Below, piece after piece: positions 31,487-40,093 of a DNA stretch of 64,000 bases. Numbering within the stretch: position 1 is the stretch's first letter; each line of letters begins with the position of its first letter. Under the pieces are notes generated by a model that did not search any database, was not told the origin of the DNA, and saw only the letters and a list, made by a program, of their open reading frames with translations. The translations under genes were made by a program, and so were the position numbers. The stretch spans positions 2,880,001 through 2,944,000 of the forward strand of contig OZ244799.1 in assembly GCA_965219955.1 (NCBI GenBank), given 5' to 3'. Source of the DNA: a bacterium. GTDB taxonomy: Bacteria; UBA8248.

Positions 31487-31672
31487 CGGACAGGCACAGA
31501 GGCTTCGGACAGGCACAGAGGCCTGTCCCTACGAAAACCGCGTGTATCTCCGTAGGGGCGGCCCCATTTGTCCGACGCATTCAATCATTGCATATTCGGT
31601 GTGTAGGGGTCGCATATATGCGACCCTGCTTTTTCGCCTTCCGACCATGGGCCGCATATATGCGGCCCCTAC
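31487..31672. repeat. GTAG-REP cluster between convergent genes
   Basis: GGACAGGCACAGAGGC tandem, GTAGGGGCGG and a GTAGGGG-(CGCATATATGCG) doublet. Confidence 0.85.
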
Positions 31673-31694
31673 ACCTATGCGCGGCAAGACGGGA

Positions 31695-34646
31695 TCACGC
31701 CCTGGAGATCCGGCACAGCAGGCTCTTGAGGTTCGTCTGGTCCGAGCACGGGTCGCGCTGCGCGATGTCCGTCAGGAAATTCACCGACCGCCAGGGATGG
31801 TAGGGCTGGCGCTCCCCCCAGCCGATGGGAACGTATACCGCGTCCTCCCTTATCCCTGCATTCACCCAGGCCATCGCCTCGATGGCGCCGTGCGCCGTCT
31901 CCACCCGGACTTTCTCGCCGTCCTCGATCCCCAGTTCTCGCGCTTTTTCGGGATGCATCTGGCAATAGAGGTCCGGCCACATCTCCTGCGCCTGCCAGAA
32001 ATAATGCGTCCAGCTGTGAAAATGCGGCGCGGGCGGGCGGCCCGTTATCAGCGTCGTCTCGAAGCCTTGGCGGCGGAGCGCATCGCCCGGGTTCTCCCCG
32101 TCGGGTTGAACGATTCTGGCGGCGCGGGAACCCGTGGGCGCCTTGGAGAAGGGGGAGATGACTTCCATGTCATCGTCTCCGTGTTCATATTCGAGATAGG
32201 GCAGCCCCAGGAGATTCTCTTTCTCGCTGTAAAATTCCGGCAACGCCGAGAGTCCTACTTTCTTGAATTTTTCCTCCAACGCTTCCGTCCAGAACTCGAG
32301 CCGCCCGCTCGGCGTCGGGAAGCGTTTGCCTTCGGGCTGCCCGGTGGCGGTCGTTCCCTCCAGATAAAGCGTCTCCTGCTCGGGGGCGTCCTCGCTCGCG
32401 ACGGGAAAGCGCACCCACCGGTAGGGAACCGAGTGGAGCCGCTTCTGCGTCACGCCGCGCAGGAAATCGTTGTCGATGCACATCTCGTCCCAGAACCTGC
32501 CCGGGTCCTTGTATTCCTCTTTCATGACGTCGCCGAAGCCAAGGCGCCTTCCGAGTTCCGTCCATATCCAGCCGTCGGGCTTCGCCTCTCCCGGCGGGTC
32601 GATCATCTTGTCTATCCAGACGACTCTCCTGTCGTCGTTCGTGCGGCCCGGCTCGCCTTTCTCGATCCCGCCCGCCGCGGGCAGCACGTAATCCGCATAG
32701 GCCGAGGTTTCGTTCGCGAACAGCTCGATGTGGACGATGAGGTCGAGCGCTTTGAACGCCGCGCGCGCCTCATCCTGACCCGGCCATTGCGCCAGCGGGT
32801 TGTTGCACGTGATGAGGCCTTTAATCGGATACGGCCTGCCCTCGCGCATGGCGCTCAGCCAGCCCGCCGGACTCCTGCGCACCATCGGCTTCCTGATTTC
32901 CGCCTTCCTGTGCTCCGGCGCGTTGGCGGCGATGGGCGGGCCCGCCGTCATGTTCACGTAGGCGCCGCCCTTGCGGCCCCAGTTCCCCGTTATCGCGGCG
33001 AGGAACATGAACGTCCGGTTGGTCTGCACCGAGTTGGTGTGCTGGTTGAGTCCCCGGCTCCCGAAGATGACGCAGCCGTCCGCCTTGGCCACGTCCCCGG
33101 CGAGCGCGCGAATCTCATCCGCCGCTATGCCGGTGATGGCTTCCGCCCAATCGGGGGAATAGCCTTTTTCGATAATGAAATCGCGCCAGCGCTCCCAGCC
33201 CAGCACCCATTCGTCGCAGAAACGCGCATCGTGCAAATTTTCAGAGAGAATATGGTGCGCCATGGCGAGGCCGAGGGCCATGTCGGTGCCCGGGCGGATG
33301 GCGAGCCACTTGTCCGCCTTGCTCGCCGTCGCGGTGTATCTCGGGTCGACCACCACCATCGGGGTCTTGTTCCTGATGCGCCAGTCGTTCACCTTGCCGA
33401 AGTAGACCGGGCGCGTCTCGGCCTGGTTGTCCCCGACGTAGAGGTACATCCCGGCGCTGCCGATGTCCTCGGGCGTATAGCTGTTCCCGTTGCCGTTGAT
33501 CCCGTGCGTCACCTCGTAGGCGACCACCTTGCCCGCCGCGCAGAACGGGTCCGTCCCCTGGAGATTCGGCGTTCCCCACATCTGGCTGAACAGCCGCGCA
33601 TAGCCTTTCTGCGTAATCAGGCCCGTGCGGGTCCCGACGAACATCGCCAGCGCCTCCGTGCCCCACCGTTCTCTTAAGACTTCGAGTTTCGCGGCGATCT
33701 CATCGAGCGCCTGCTCCCAGGTGATGCGCTCGAACGCATTTTCGCCCCGGCGGCCGACGCGCTTGAGCGGGTACCTAAGGCGGTGTTCGTTGTGGTGGAG
33801 CTGCAGCGTGAACTGCGCCTTGGGGCAGATTTTTCCGTCCAGGACGGGGTCCTCGTCGTTCCCCGTCACGTTGATGAGCTTATCGCCCTGGAAATGAAAC
33901 TTGGCGGTGCAGCAGTTGAAGCAGAAATTACATCCCCCAGGCTCCACCCGGTCCGCCTTGAGCGCGTTTTTGTCGTGCAGGTAGGGGAAGTCGGGGCCCT
34001 TCTCCTGGAAAACGCCGTTCGCCTCGGGTGAATCCACGAACTTGGGCCGACTCGGGCTTTCAGACGAACCCGGGCCATCCGCGCCGTTCACGCGGCCGTT
34101 TTCTCTCGCGATTTTCTCCAGATATATCGTCTGCGGCTTCAGGAGAAAATGATCGTGATCCCGGAGGTGGCGCTCCTCCTCATGCGCTTTTTCGAGAAGC
34201 GTATCCCTTTCGCCGAACGAGATGGCGTAGCCCGGGCATATCTCGGCGCAGGCGGGCTCCAGATTCTTCTCCCGTCTGTCGGGGCACAAGTCGCACTTCA
34301 CCGAATGATGCCCCTGCGCGTCATAGCCCATCGCGCTGTAGGGACACGCCATGACGCATTCCCCGCAGCCCGTGCAAAGGTCTTCGTGCACCTCCACCAC
34401 GCCGGTATCGGGGTCTTTCGTGATCGCCTTGGGATGAACGGGGCAGGCCCTGAGACAGGCGGGGCGCTCGCAGTGCTGGCAGGTCAGCGTGAGGAAATCC
34501 GGCGTCCCCGTGGAGGCGTCCCCCAGCCAGACGACCTTGTTCCGGTATTCGCCGGGCCCCAGCCTGTGCTCCTGCTTGCAGGCCGCCTCGCAGCTTTTGC
34601 AGCCGAAGCACCGCTCCAGATCGATCATCAAGGCCAGCTTGCTCAA
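31695..34646 (-). CDS. Fused DmsB-type 4x[4Fe-4S] domain plus Mo/W-bisPGD oxidoreductase
   Basis: Four Cys clusters in the N-terminal ~150 aa; CNFCFNCC..CPK, RLRYPLKR, DPR, IRPGTD.AL, ADYVLP, FPTPSGRLE; TTG start. Confidence 0.9.
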   Translation of the reverse strand: MSKLALMIDLERCFGCKSCEAACKQEHRLGPGEYRNKVVWLGDASTGTPDFLTLTCQHCERPACLRACPVHPKAITKDPDTGVVEVHEDLCTGCGECVMACPYSAMGYDAQGHHSVKCDLCPDRREKNLEPACAEICPGYAISFGERDTLLEKAHEEERHLRDHDHFLLKPQTIYLEKIARENGRVNGADGPGSSESPSRPKFVDSPEANGVFQEKGPDFPYLHDKNALKADRVEPGGCNFCFNCCTAKFHFQGDKLINVTGNDEDPVLDGKICPKAQFTLQLHHNEHRLRYPLKRVGRRGENAFERITWEQALDEIAAKLEVLRERWGTEALAMFVGTRTGLITQKGYARLFSQMWGTPNLQGTDPFCAAGKVVAYEVTHGINGNGNSYTPEDIGSAGMYLYVGDNQAETRPVYFGKVNDWRIRNKTPMVVVDPRYTATASKADKWLAIRPGTDMALGLAMAHHILSENLHDARFCDEWVLGWERWRDFIIEKGYSPDWAEAITGIAADEIRALAGDVAKADGCVIFGSRGLNQHTNSVQTNRTFMFLAAITGNWGRKGGAYVNMTAGPPIAANAPEHRKAEIRKPMVRRSPAGWLSAMREGRPYPIKGLITCNNPLAQWPGQDEARAAFKALDLIVHIELFANETSAYADYVLPAAGGIEKGEPGRTNDDRRVVWIDKMIDPPGEAKPDGWIWTELGRRLGFGDVMKEEYKDPGRFWDEMCIDNDFLRGVTQKRLHSVPYRWVRFPVASEDAPEQETLYLEGTTATGQPEGKRFPTPSGRLEFWTEALEEKFKKVGLSALPEFYSEKENLLGLPYLEYEHGDDDMEVISPFSKAPTGSRAARIVQPDGENPGDALRRQGFETTLITGRPPAPHFHSWTHYFWQAQEMWPDLYCQMHPEKARELGIEDGEKVRVETAHGAIEAMAWVNAGIREDAVYVPIGWGERQPYHPWRSVNFLTDIAQRDPCSDQTNLKSLLCRISRA

Positions 34647-34719
34647 GAGTCACTCCTTGAAGAGGGGTGTCGAAAAGGCCCCACGGAGGGAGCGCGTTGA
34701 ATTTCACTCCCCCCTTGAG

Positions 34720-35030
34720 GGGGCTGTTGAAAAACCCCTGCAATGACGAGATTGCCGTCATTCCGGCGAAAGCCGGAATCCATTTTCAGGCAGAATGATA
34801 ATACTGCGGCTTTTCATCTCCTCGTCATTGGCGCGAATCGATCAGAAAACCAAGAACAAAGGCAAAACAAATGGATTCCGGCTTTCGCCGGAATGACGAA
34901 CAAAACCGCACCATCTCGTAGGGACAGGCCTCCGTGCCTGTCCTGACGGCAACCATCCCGCAAAGGACAACCACAGAGGGTTGTCCCTACAACCACCATT
35001 CCTCCTTTATCAAACTTTTTCAACAACCCC
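34720..35030. mobile_element. Family-F TIR-bounded composite enclosing a family-A doublet (34756-34898) and a GTAG doublet
   Basis: GGGGCTGTTGAAAAA ... TTTTTCAACAACCCC; no clear target duplication. Confidence 0.7.
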
Positions 35031-35080
35031 GTACCCGCCCCCTCCGCAGGCAGATTTCCCCAACAACCCGGACGCGCGGG

Positions 35081-35854
35081 CTACCACTTCGTCAGGTGCC
35101 ACCAGTATACCTCTCCACCGCCCGAGACATAACCGGCGAAAAAGGTGACGGTGACGACGTGCCCCGCAATACCGAGAACGAAGGCGAACGCCAAAACGAT
35201 GTGAACCATCCGCCAGTACGCCTGAGCGGCAGAAACGCCTGCGCGGGTGCCCAGCAACCTGTTTTCCCGGCCGATCAACCGGGCGTAGGCGAACGTGAGC
35301 GCGGGCCTTGAGAACCAGTGCTTGAGCCTGGGAGAAAAGGTGCCCTCGTCCGCTCCCGGTTCGAGCCTCGATAATACGGACTCTTTCTCTTCGATGAGGC
35401 GGGCCAGCCGCTCCCGGTCTTCGGAACCGGGCGGGGAGAAGGATTGCTCCCTCGAGGCGAACGTGGCCGACATCTGCCTGGAAATGCGGACGCGCGCCCA
35501 CACGCCCAGGACCACCAGAAGCAAAAGCGCTGCGAGCAAAAGCGCCGGCGCATAGCGGAGAAACCCGCCCGAGTGGACCGTCACCAGCACGCCGCCCAGG
35601 GTGGCCGTCACGACATGGGCGGAGAACCAGCCGAGGGGAGAGCCGCCGACGCCCGTCCGCTTCGTGACCACGAATACCAGGGACACGCACAGGAGGAGCG
35701 TCCCCGCGACGCCGAACAGGTACAGCGTCGGGGAACCCGGCAGATGCCACTCGCGCGGTAATTCGTGCTGGAACGCGAAGAAGGTGACCAGAACGACAGC
35801 CGCCGCGAAGAGGAGATACGCAAGCAGCCTGTCGCCGATATCGAGTCGTCTCAT
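35081..35854 (-). CDS. Membrane protein, possible heme-b anchor subunit
   Basis: Several TM helices with His in four of them (SAHV, TVHS, MVHI, AGHV); upstream of the oxidoreductase. Confidence 0.75.
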   Translation of the reverse strand: MRRLDIGDRLLAYLLFAAAVVLVTFFAFQHELPREWHLPGSPTLYLFGVAGTLLLCVSLVFVVTKRTGVGGSPLGWFSAHVVTATLGGVLVTVHSGGFLRYAPALLLAALLLLVVLGVWARVRISRQMSATFASREQSFSPPGSEDRERLARLIEEKESVLSRLEPGADEGTFSPRLKHWFSRPALTFAYARLIGRENRLLGTRAGVSAAQAYWRMVHIVLAFAFVLGIAGHVVTVTFFAGYVSGGGEVYWWHLTKW

Positions 35855-35859
35855 GAAAA

Positions 35860-36339
35860 TCAGGGAAATTCGATTTTTTCGACGTCCACGATCTCGAAAT
35901 TTCTCACGCCGCCGGGCAACTGAACCGCCACTTCATCGCCCGGCTCTTTCTGCATGAGCCCGCGCGAGAGCGGCGCGCTGAAGGATATGATTCCGTTGGG
36001 GAGGTCGCTTTCCTCCTCGCCCAGTATCTCGTAGGTCAGCTCTTCGTTCTTGTCCAGGTCGAAGAGCGTGACTTTTGTGCCGATGGTCACCTTATCGCCC
36101 GCGATGGGGAGTTCCTCGATCACGCTCGCCTCGCGGATCTTGTCCATGATCCGGCTCACCTCGTTCTTGAGGTTGCCCTGCAACTCGATGGCGGCCTCCC
36201 ACTCGGCGTTCTCGCTCAGGTCGCCCAGGCTCGCCGCCTTGCCGATTTCCTTGGAGACCTCGTGCTTCAGGCGATATTGAATCTGTTCGACCTTTTGCCT
36301 CAGCCCCTCGAGGCTCGCTTTGGTGATGTAATACGGCAT
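35860..36339 (-). CDS. greA: Transcription elongation factor GreA
   Basis: GDLSENAE, V.IGT.V, IS..APL..GL. Confidence 0.93.
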   Translation of the reverse strand: MPYYITKASLEGLRQKVEQIQYRLKHEVSKEIGKAASLGDLSENAEWEAAIELQGNLKNEVSRIMDKIREASVIEELPIAGDKVTIGTKVTLFDLDKNEELTYEILGEEESDLPNGIISFSAPLSRGLMQKEPGDEVAVQLPGGVRNFEIVDVEKIEFP

Positions 36340-36379
36340 TTCTTCCTCATCCGGCGTTGAAATAATCGAAAACCGCGCC

Positions 36380-37297
36380 TCAGGCGCCTTCCGTCATCTT
36401 TTCCTTCACCTGCTCGCGAAAGTCATACCCGGTATCCTCCACGAACGCCTCGATGAGGCGCTTCGTGACGGGCCCCGGAACCGGCGCGCTCGGCTGGAAG
36501 CTGTCGATTTCGCTCACCGGCATGGCGCAGATCGCGCTCGAGGTGATGAAGTACTCCTCCGCCTGCGCCAGGTCGTAGGTCGTCATGTCCCTTTCCTCGA
36601 CGGCGATCCCCAGGCGCGCGGCCAGTTCGAAAACCGCGATGCGGGTCACCCCCTGCAGGATGTTCCGCTCATGCGGCGTCCAGAGCGCGCCGTCTTTCAC
36701 CATGAAGAAATTGGCGGACGAGTTTTCCGCCACGTTCCCCCGAACGTCGAGCATCAGGGACAGGGAACCGGATGCGGCGGCGTCCAGTTCCGCCAGAATC
36801 TGGTTCATCTTGCTCGTCACCTTGGCCCTCGTCTCGATGCACTCGGGCGGATTGCGCCGCGTGGGCGTAATCGCCAGCCGCACGCCGTTCAGATACCGCT
36901 CCGCGAAAGAGGTGACGTTCACGGGCCGCCAGAAGATAAAGACCGAAGCGGGCCCCGCCGCGCCCGCCGCCATGGAGGGGTCGTCATACCCGCGCGTCAC
37001 CCAGTGGCCGACGCGGTACATGGCGCCTTCTTCCAGACGGCACAGGTTCGACTCCAGGGTGGCTAGCGTCGCCTGCTTCATTTCCTCCTGGCTTAATCCT
37101 ACGTCGATACGCACATACTTGAGCGAGCGATAGATGCGGTCGAGATGATCGTCGAGCCGGTAGAGCTTTCCATCGAAACAGGGCGTGACCTCGTACACCC
37201 CGTCGCCCCAGAGGAAGCCGCGATCGAAGGGCGATATCCTGGCGCTGTTCTCTTCCATGATCTCACCGTTGAGATAGACGAATCGCTCACCGGGCAT
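36380..37297 (-). CDS. Class IV aminotransferase (BCAT/D-amino acid type)
   Basis: DRGFLWGDGVYE, HLDR...S, ILQGVTR, EEYFITSS. Confidence 0.92.
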   Translation of the reverse strand: MPGERFVYLNGEIMEENSARISPFDRGFLWGDGVYEVTPCFDGKLYRLDDHLDRIYRSLKYVRIDVGLSQEEMKQATLATLESNLCRLEEGAMYRVGHWVTRGYDDPSMAAGAAGPASVFIFWRPVNVTSFAERYLNGVRLAITPTRRNPPECIETRAKVTSKMNQILAELDAAASGSLSLMLDVRGNVAENSSANFFMVKDGALWTPHERNILQGVTRIAVFELAARLGIAVEERDMTTYDLAQAEEYFITSSAICAMPVSEIDSFQPSAPVPGPVTKRLIEAFVEDTGYDFREQVKEKMTEGA

Positions 37298-37449
37298 CGG
37301 GCACTCCTCCCATGCGCATCAACAAAGAAAGGCCGGCCCGGATCGAGGGGCACAGCCGCGTGTAAAATGAAATTTCATCCTACATAGGGGCATCTTATAA
37401 AAGAAAACGCCGGAGAGCAAAATCGTTCCGGGAAATTCCGCGGCCCGTC

Positions 37450-38480
37450 TTGAAAAGCACCCCCCCTACCCCCCCTTGTCGGGGGGGCAAAAAAACAAAG
37501 CCCCTGATAAGAGTTGGGGAGGTACTACATCGACGAGGGGGCAAGAAAAAACAAAAGCCCCTCTACCGGCGGTGGACGTCGCCTTTTCATACCCCCCTGA
37601 CAAGGGGGGGTAGGGGGGGGTGCTTTTATTCCCTGACAAGGGAGGTTGAACAACCCCGATGAGAGAGGATTCACTCCCCCCTTGAGGGTCGGCCTTTCCT
37701 CCTCGGGAAGGCCGACGAAGAGCTGAGGGCGTAAACCCGAAAGCGATTCGGTGGGGGGTATAATTCGCAATGGCAATAAACGCATTTTACCCCCCACCGC
37801 ATCAGCCTTCGCAAAAAACGCTCGGCTTCTGTCGGGCTTTCCCCTCGGGAAGCCCGACCCCCTCAAGGGGGGAGTTGATTTGAAATTCTCCTCGGTGGTG
37901 AGAGTCTCCATAGGGGGCGCTTGCCAAACAAAGACGGGCGGACACACCGTCAGACATATATGTCTGACCCCTACGATCCGAAAACCGCAGATTGCCGTCA
38001 TTCCGGCGAAAGCCGGAATCCATTTTATGATTTTTGCTTTCGTTTTCGCATTTGATTCCGACTCGCGGGAGGGAGCGCCGCGCCCGAATCCGGAACGGAT
38101 GAGGTGGATATATATGGCGGCGTCCGTATCTTCCCCGGCCGGGAGAGAGGGCGTCCGGGCGAAAGGCAAAGGCGAAAATGGATTCCGTCGAACCCTCCCG
38201 CATTGGTCGGCTCCGACACCGGAATGACGAACGAAACCCCACCGCCTCACCCTGAGTAGCGGCGAAGCCGCGTATCGAAGGGCCTGCGCCGATGCGTTCA
38301 TGATACGCCCTTTTTGACCTTTCCATCCTTCGATACGGCGCTGACGCGCCTACTCAGGATGAGGGGTGTCGGGCAACGGCGGAGCCTGCCCCGAGCGAAG
38401 TCGAGGGGCCGTTACACAAGACGAGGGAGATAAAACAAAGCCCCCCAGACAAGGGGGACTTTTCCAACAACCCCGAACAG
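37450..38480. repeat. Repeat mosaic: families C, B (37673-37875), GTAG, A (37996-38229), E (38245-38411) and F ends
   Basis: Successive hairpin modules, each matching copies elsewhere in the window. Confidence 0.88.
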
Positions 38481-38491
38481 GCTGAACCCGC

Positions 38492-40084
38492 TCAATCCTC
38501 CCTCCCCCAACCGCCGCCGCCGGGCGTTTCCAGGCGTATCCTGTCCCCGCGCTTCGCCGAGAGGCGGGCCTTGCCGGGAAATTCCTGCGTTTCATCCGCC
38601 CGGATGAGCGAGTTTCTTCCCTTCGTGCCGGGCTCCCCGCCGTTCAGGGGCCAGGGAGGCTTCTCCCGCCTTTCCGTCATGAACGAGACGGTGGCGTCGC
38701 CCAGGAGTTCGATCTCGCGGATGATGCCGTCGCCGCCGCGGTGTTTCCCCCCGCCGCCGCTGCCCCGGCGGACGGTGTAGCGGCTCACGCGGAAGGGATA
38801 GGCGTGCTCCAAAGCTTCGATGGGGGTGTTCAGGGTGTTCGTGAGATGGGTGTGGATGGCGTCCTCGCCTGCGCCCCAGGGGCCGCCGCCCATGCCGCCG
38901 CCCGTGGTCTCATAATACGCATAAGGACGTCCCTGCCGGGGTCCCGCGCGGTGGTCCAGCCCCCCCACCGTCAGGTTGTTCATCGTGCCGCACGAGGCGG
39001 CGGGTATCTTGCCGGGACAGGCCTTCGCGAGGGCGCCGAGTATCACGTCCACCATTCGCTGGCTCGTCTCCACGTTTCCGCCCGCCACGGCGGCGGGGAA
39101 CTCGGCGTTCACCACGGTTCCAGAAGGTGCTATCACCTCGATGGGGTCCATGCAGCCCGAGTTGTTCGGGATGTCATAGGGCACCAGACAGCGCAGGGCG
39201 TAGTACGCCGCCGTGCGGGCGATGGACTCCACGGCGTTCACGCTGCCCTGGGTCTGCGGGGCGGAGCCGGTGTAATCGACGCGCATCTTCGAGCCGCGCA
39301 CCGTGATCTCCACCCGTATCGGAACAGGCCCGCTGCCGAAACCGTCGTCGTCCATAAAATCCTCGAAACCATACCGCCCGTCGGGTATGTCGCGTATCAC
39401 CGCCTTGGTGAGCCGCTCGGAATATCTTTGCAGCTCGGCCGTGTAGCGCAGCGTCTCGGCCAGGCCGTGGCGCTCGATGATCTCGAGAATCCGCCGCTCC
39501 CCCACGCGGTTCGCCGCGATCTGGGCGGCGATGTCTCCCCTGCGCTCCTCGGCCGTGCGCACGTTCGCGAGGATGAGCGCGAACACGTCTTCCTGCATCA
39601 CACCCGCGCGCACGAGCTTCACCGGCGGGATGACCACGCCATCCTGGAAAATTTCGGTCGTGATGCTCATGGAACCCGGCGCGATGCCGCCCACGTCGGC
39701 ATGGTGCGCCCGGTTGGCGACGTAATAGATGAGTTTCTCGCGTCCCCGTTCCGTTCCGTACACTGGTGAGATCATGGTGATGTCCGGCAGGTGGTTGCCT
39801 CCGCGAAAGGGGTCGTTCAGCACGACCACGTCGCCCGGATCGAGCGTCATGCGCTCGATGACGTATTCCACCGACATCGGCATGGAGCCCAGGTGGGCGG
39901 GCAGGTGCGCCGCCTGCGCCGCCATCCGGCCCGCCGCGTCGAAGACCGCGCACGAATAGTCCTTGCGCTCCTTGATGTTGGGGGAGAACGAGGAGCGGCA
40001 GAGCGCCACGCCCATCTCTTCCGAGGCCGCGAACAAGAGGTTTCGGAAAACTTCCAGGAGTATCGGATCGTAAGTATTCGCCAT
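38492..40084 (-). CDS. Hydantoinase B/5-oxoprolinase subunit
   Basis: SPNIKERKDYSCA, HLPAHLGSM, NDPF.GG.HLPD, HHADVGG, TPGGGGWG. Confidence 0.95.
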   Translation of the reverse strand: MANTYDPILLEVFRNLLFAASEEMGVALCRSSFSPNIKERKDYSCAVFDAAGRMAAQAAHLPAHLGSMPMSVEYVIERMTLDPGDVVVLNDPFRGGNHLPDITMISPVYGTERGREKLIYYVANRAHHADVGGIAPGSMSITTEIFQDGVVIPPVKLVRAGVMQEDVFALILANVRTAEERRGDIAAQIAANRVGERRILEIIERHGLAETLRYTAELQRYSERLTKAVIRDIPDGRYGFEDFMDDDGFGSGPVPIRVEITVRGSKMRVDYTGSAPQTQGSVNAVESIARTAAYYALRCLVPYDIPNNSGCMDPIEVIAPSGTVVNAEFPAAVAGGNVETSQRMVDVILGALAKACPGKIPAASCGTMNNLTVGGLDHRAGPRQGRPYAYYETTGGGMGGGPWGAGEDAIHTHLTNTLNTPIEALEHAYPFRVSRYTVRRGSGGGGKHRGGDGIIREIELLGDATVSFMTERREKPPWPLNGGEPGTKGRNSLIRADETQEFPGKARLSAKRGDRIRLETPGGGGWGRED

Positions 40085-40093
40085 CGCGTCCTC

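Noticed and set aside
31254-33677. Long antisense ORFs (also 43203-45353, 53009-55159, 3924-5087 and others)
   Set aside because: High-GC shadow frames opposite well-supported genes
37525-38326. ORFs of 150-260 aa across repeat mosaics (also at 47.8-48.4, 51.6-52.3, 55.2-55.7, 56.9-57.2 and 58.4-59.2 kb)
   Set aside because: They are translations of palindromic repeats (PPLRGS, IPAKAGI, GTGL.ACP recur) with no RBS or codon bias
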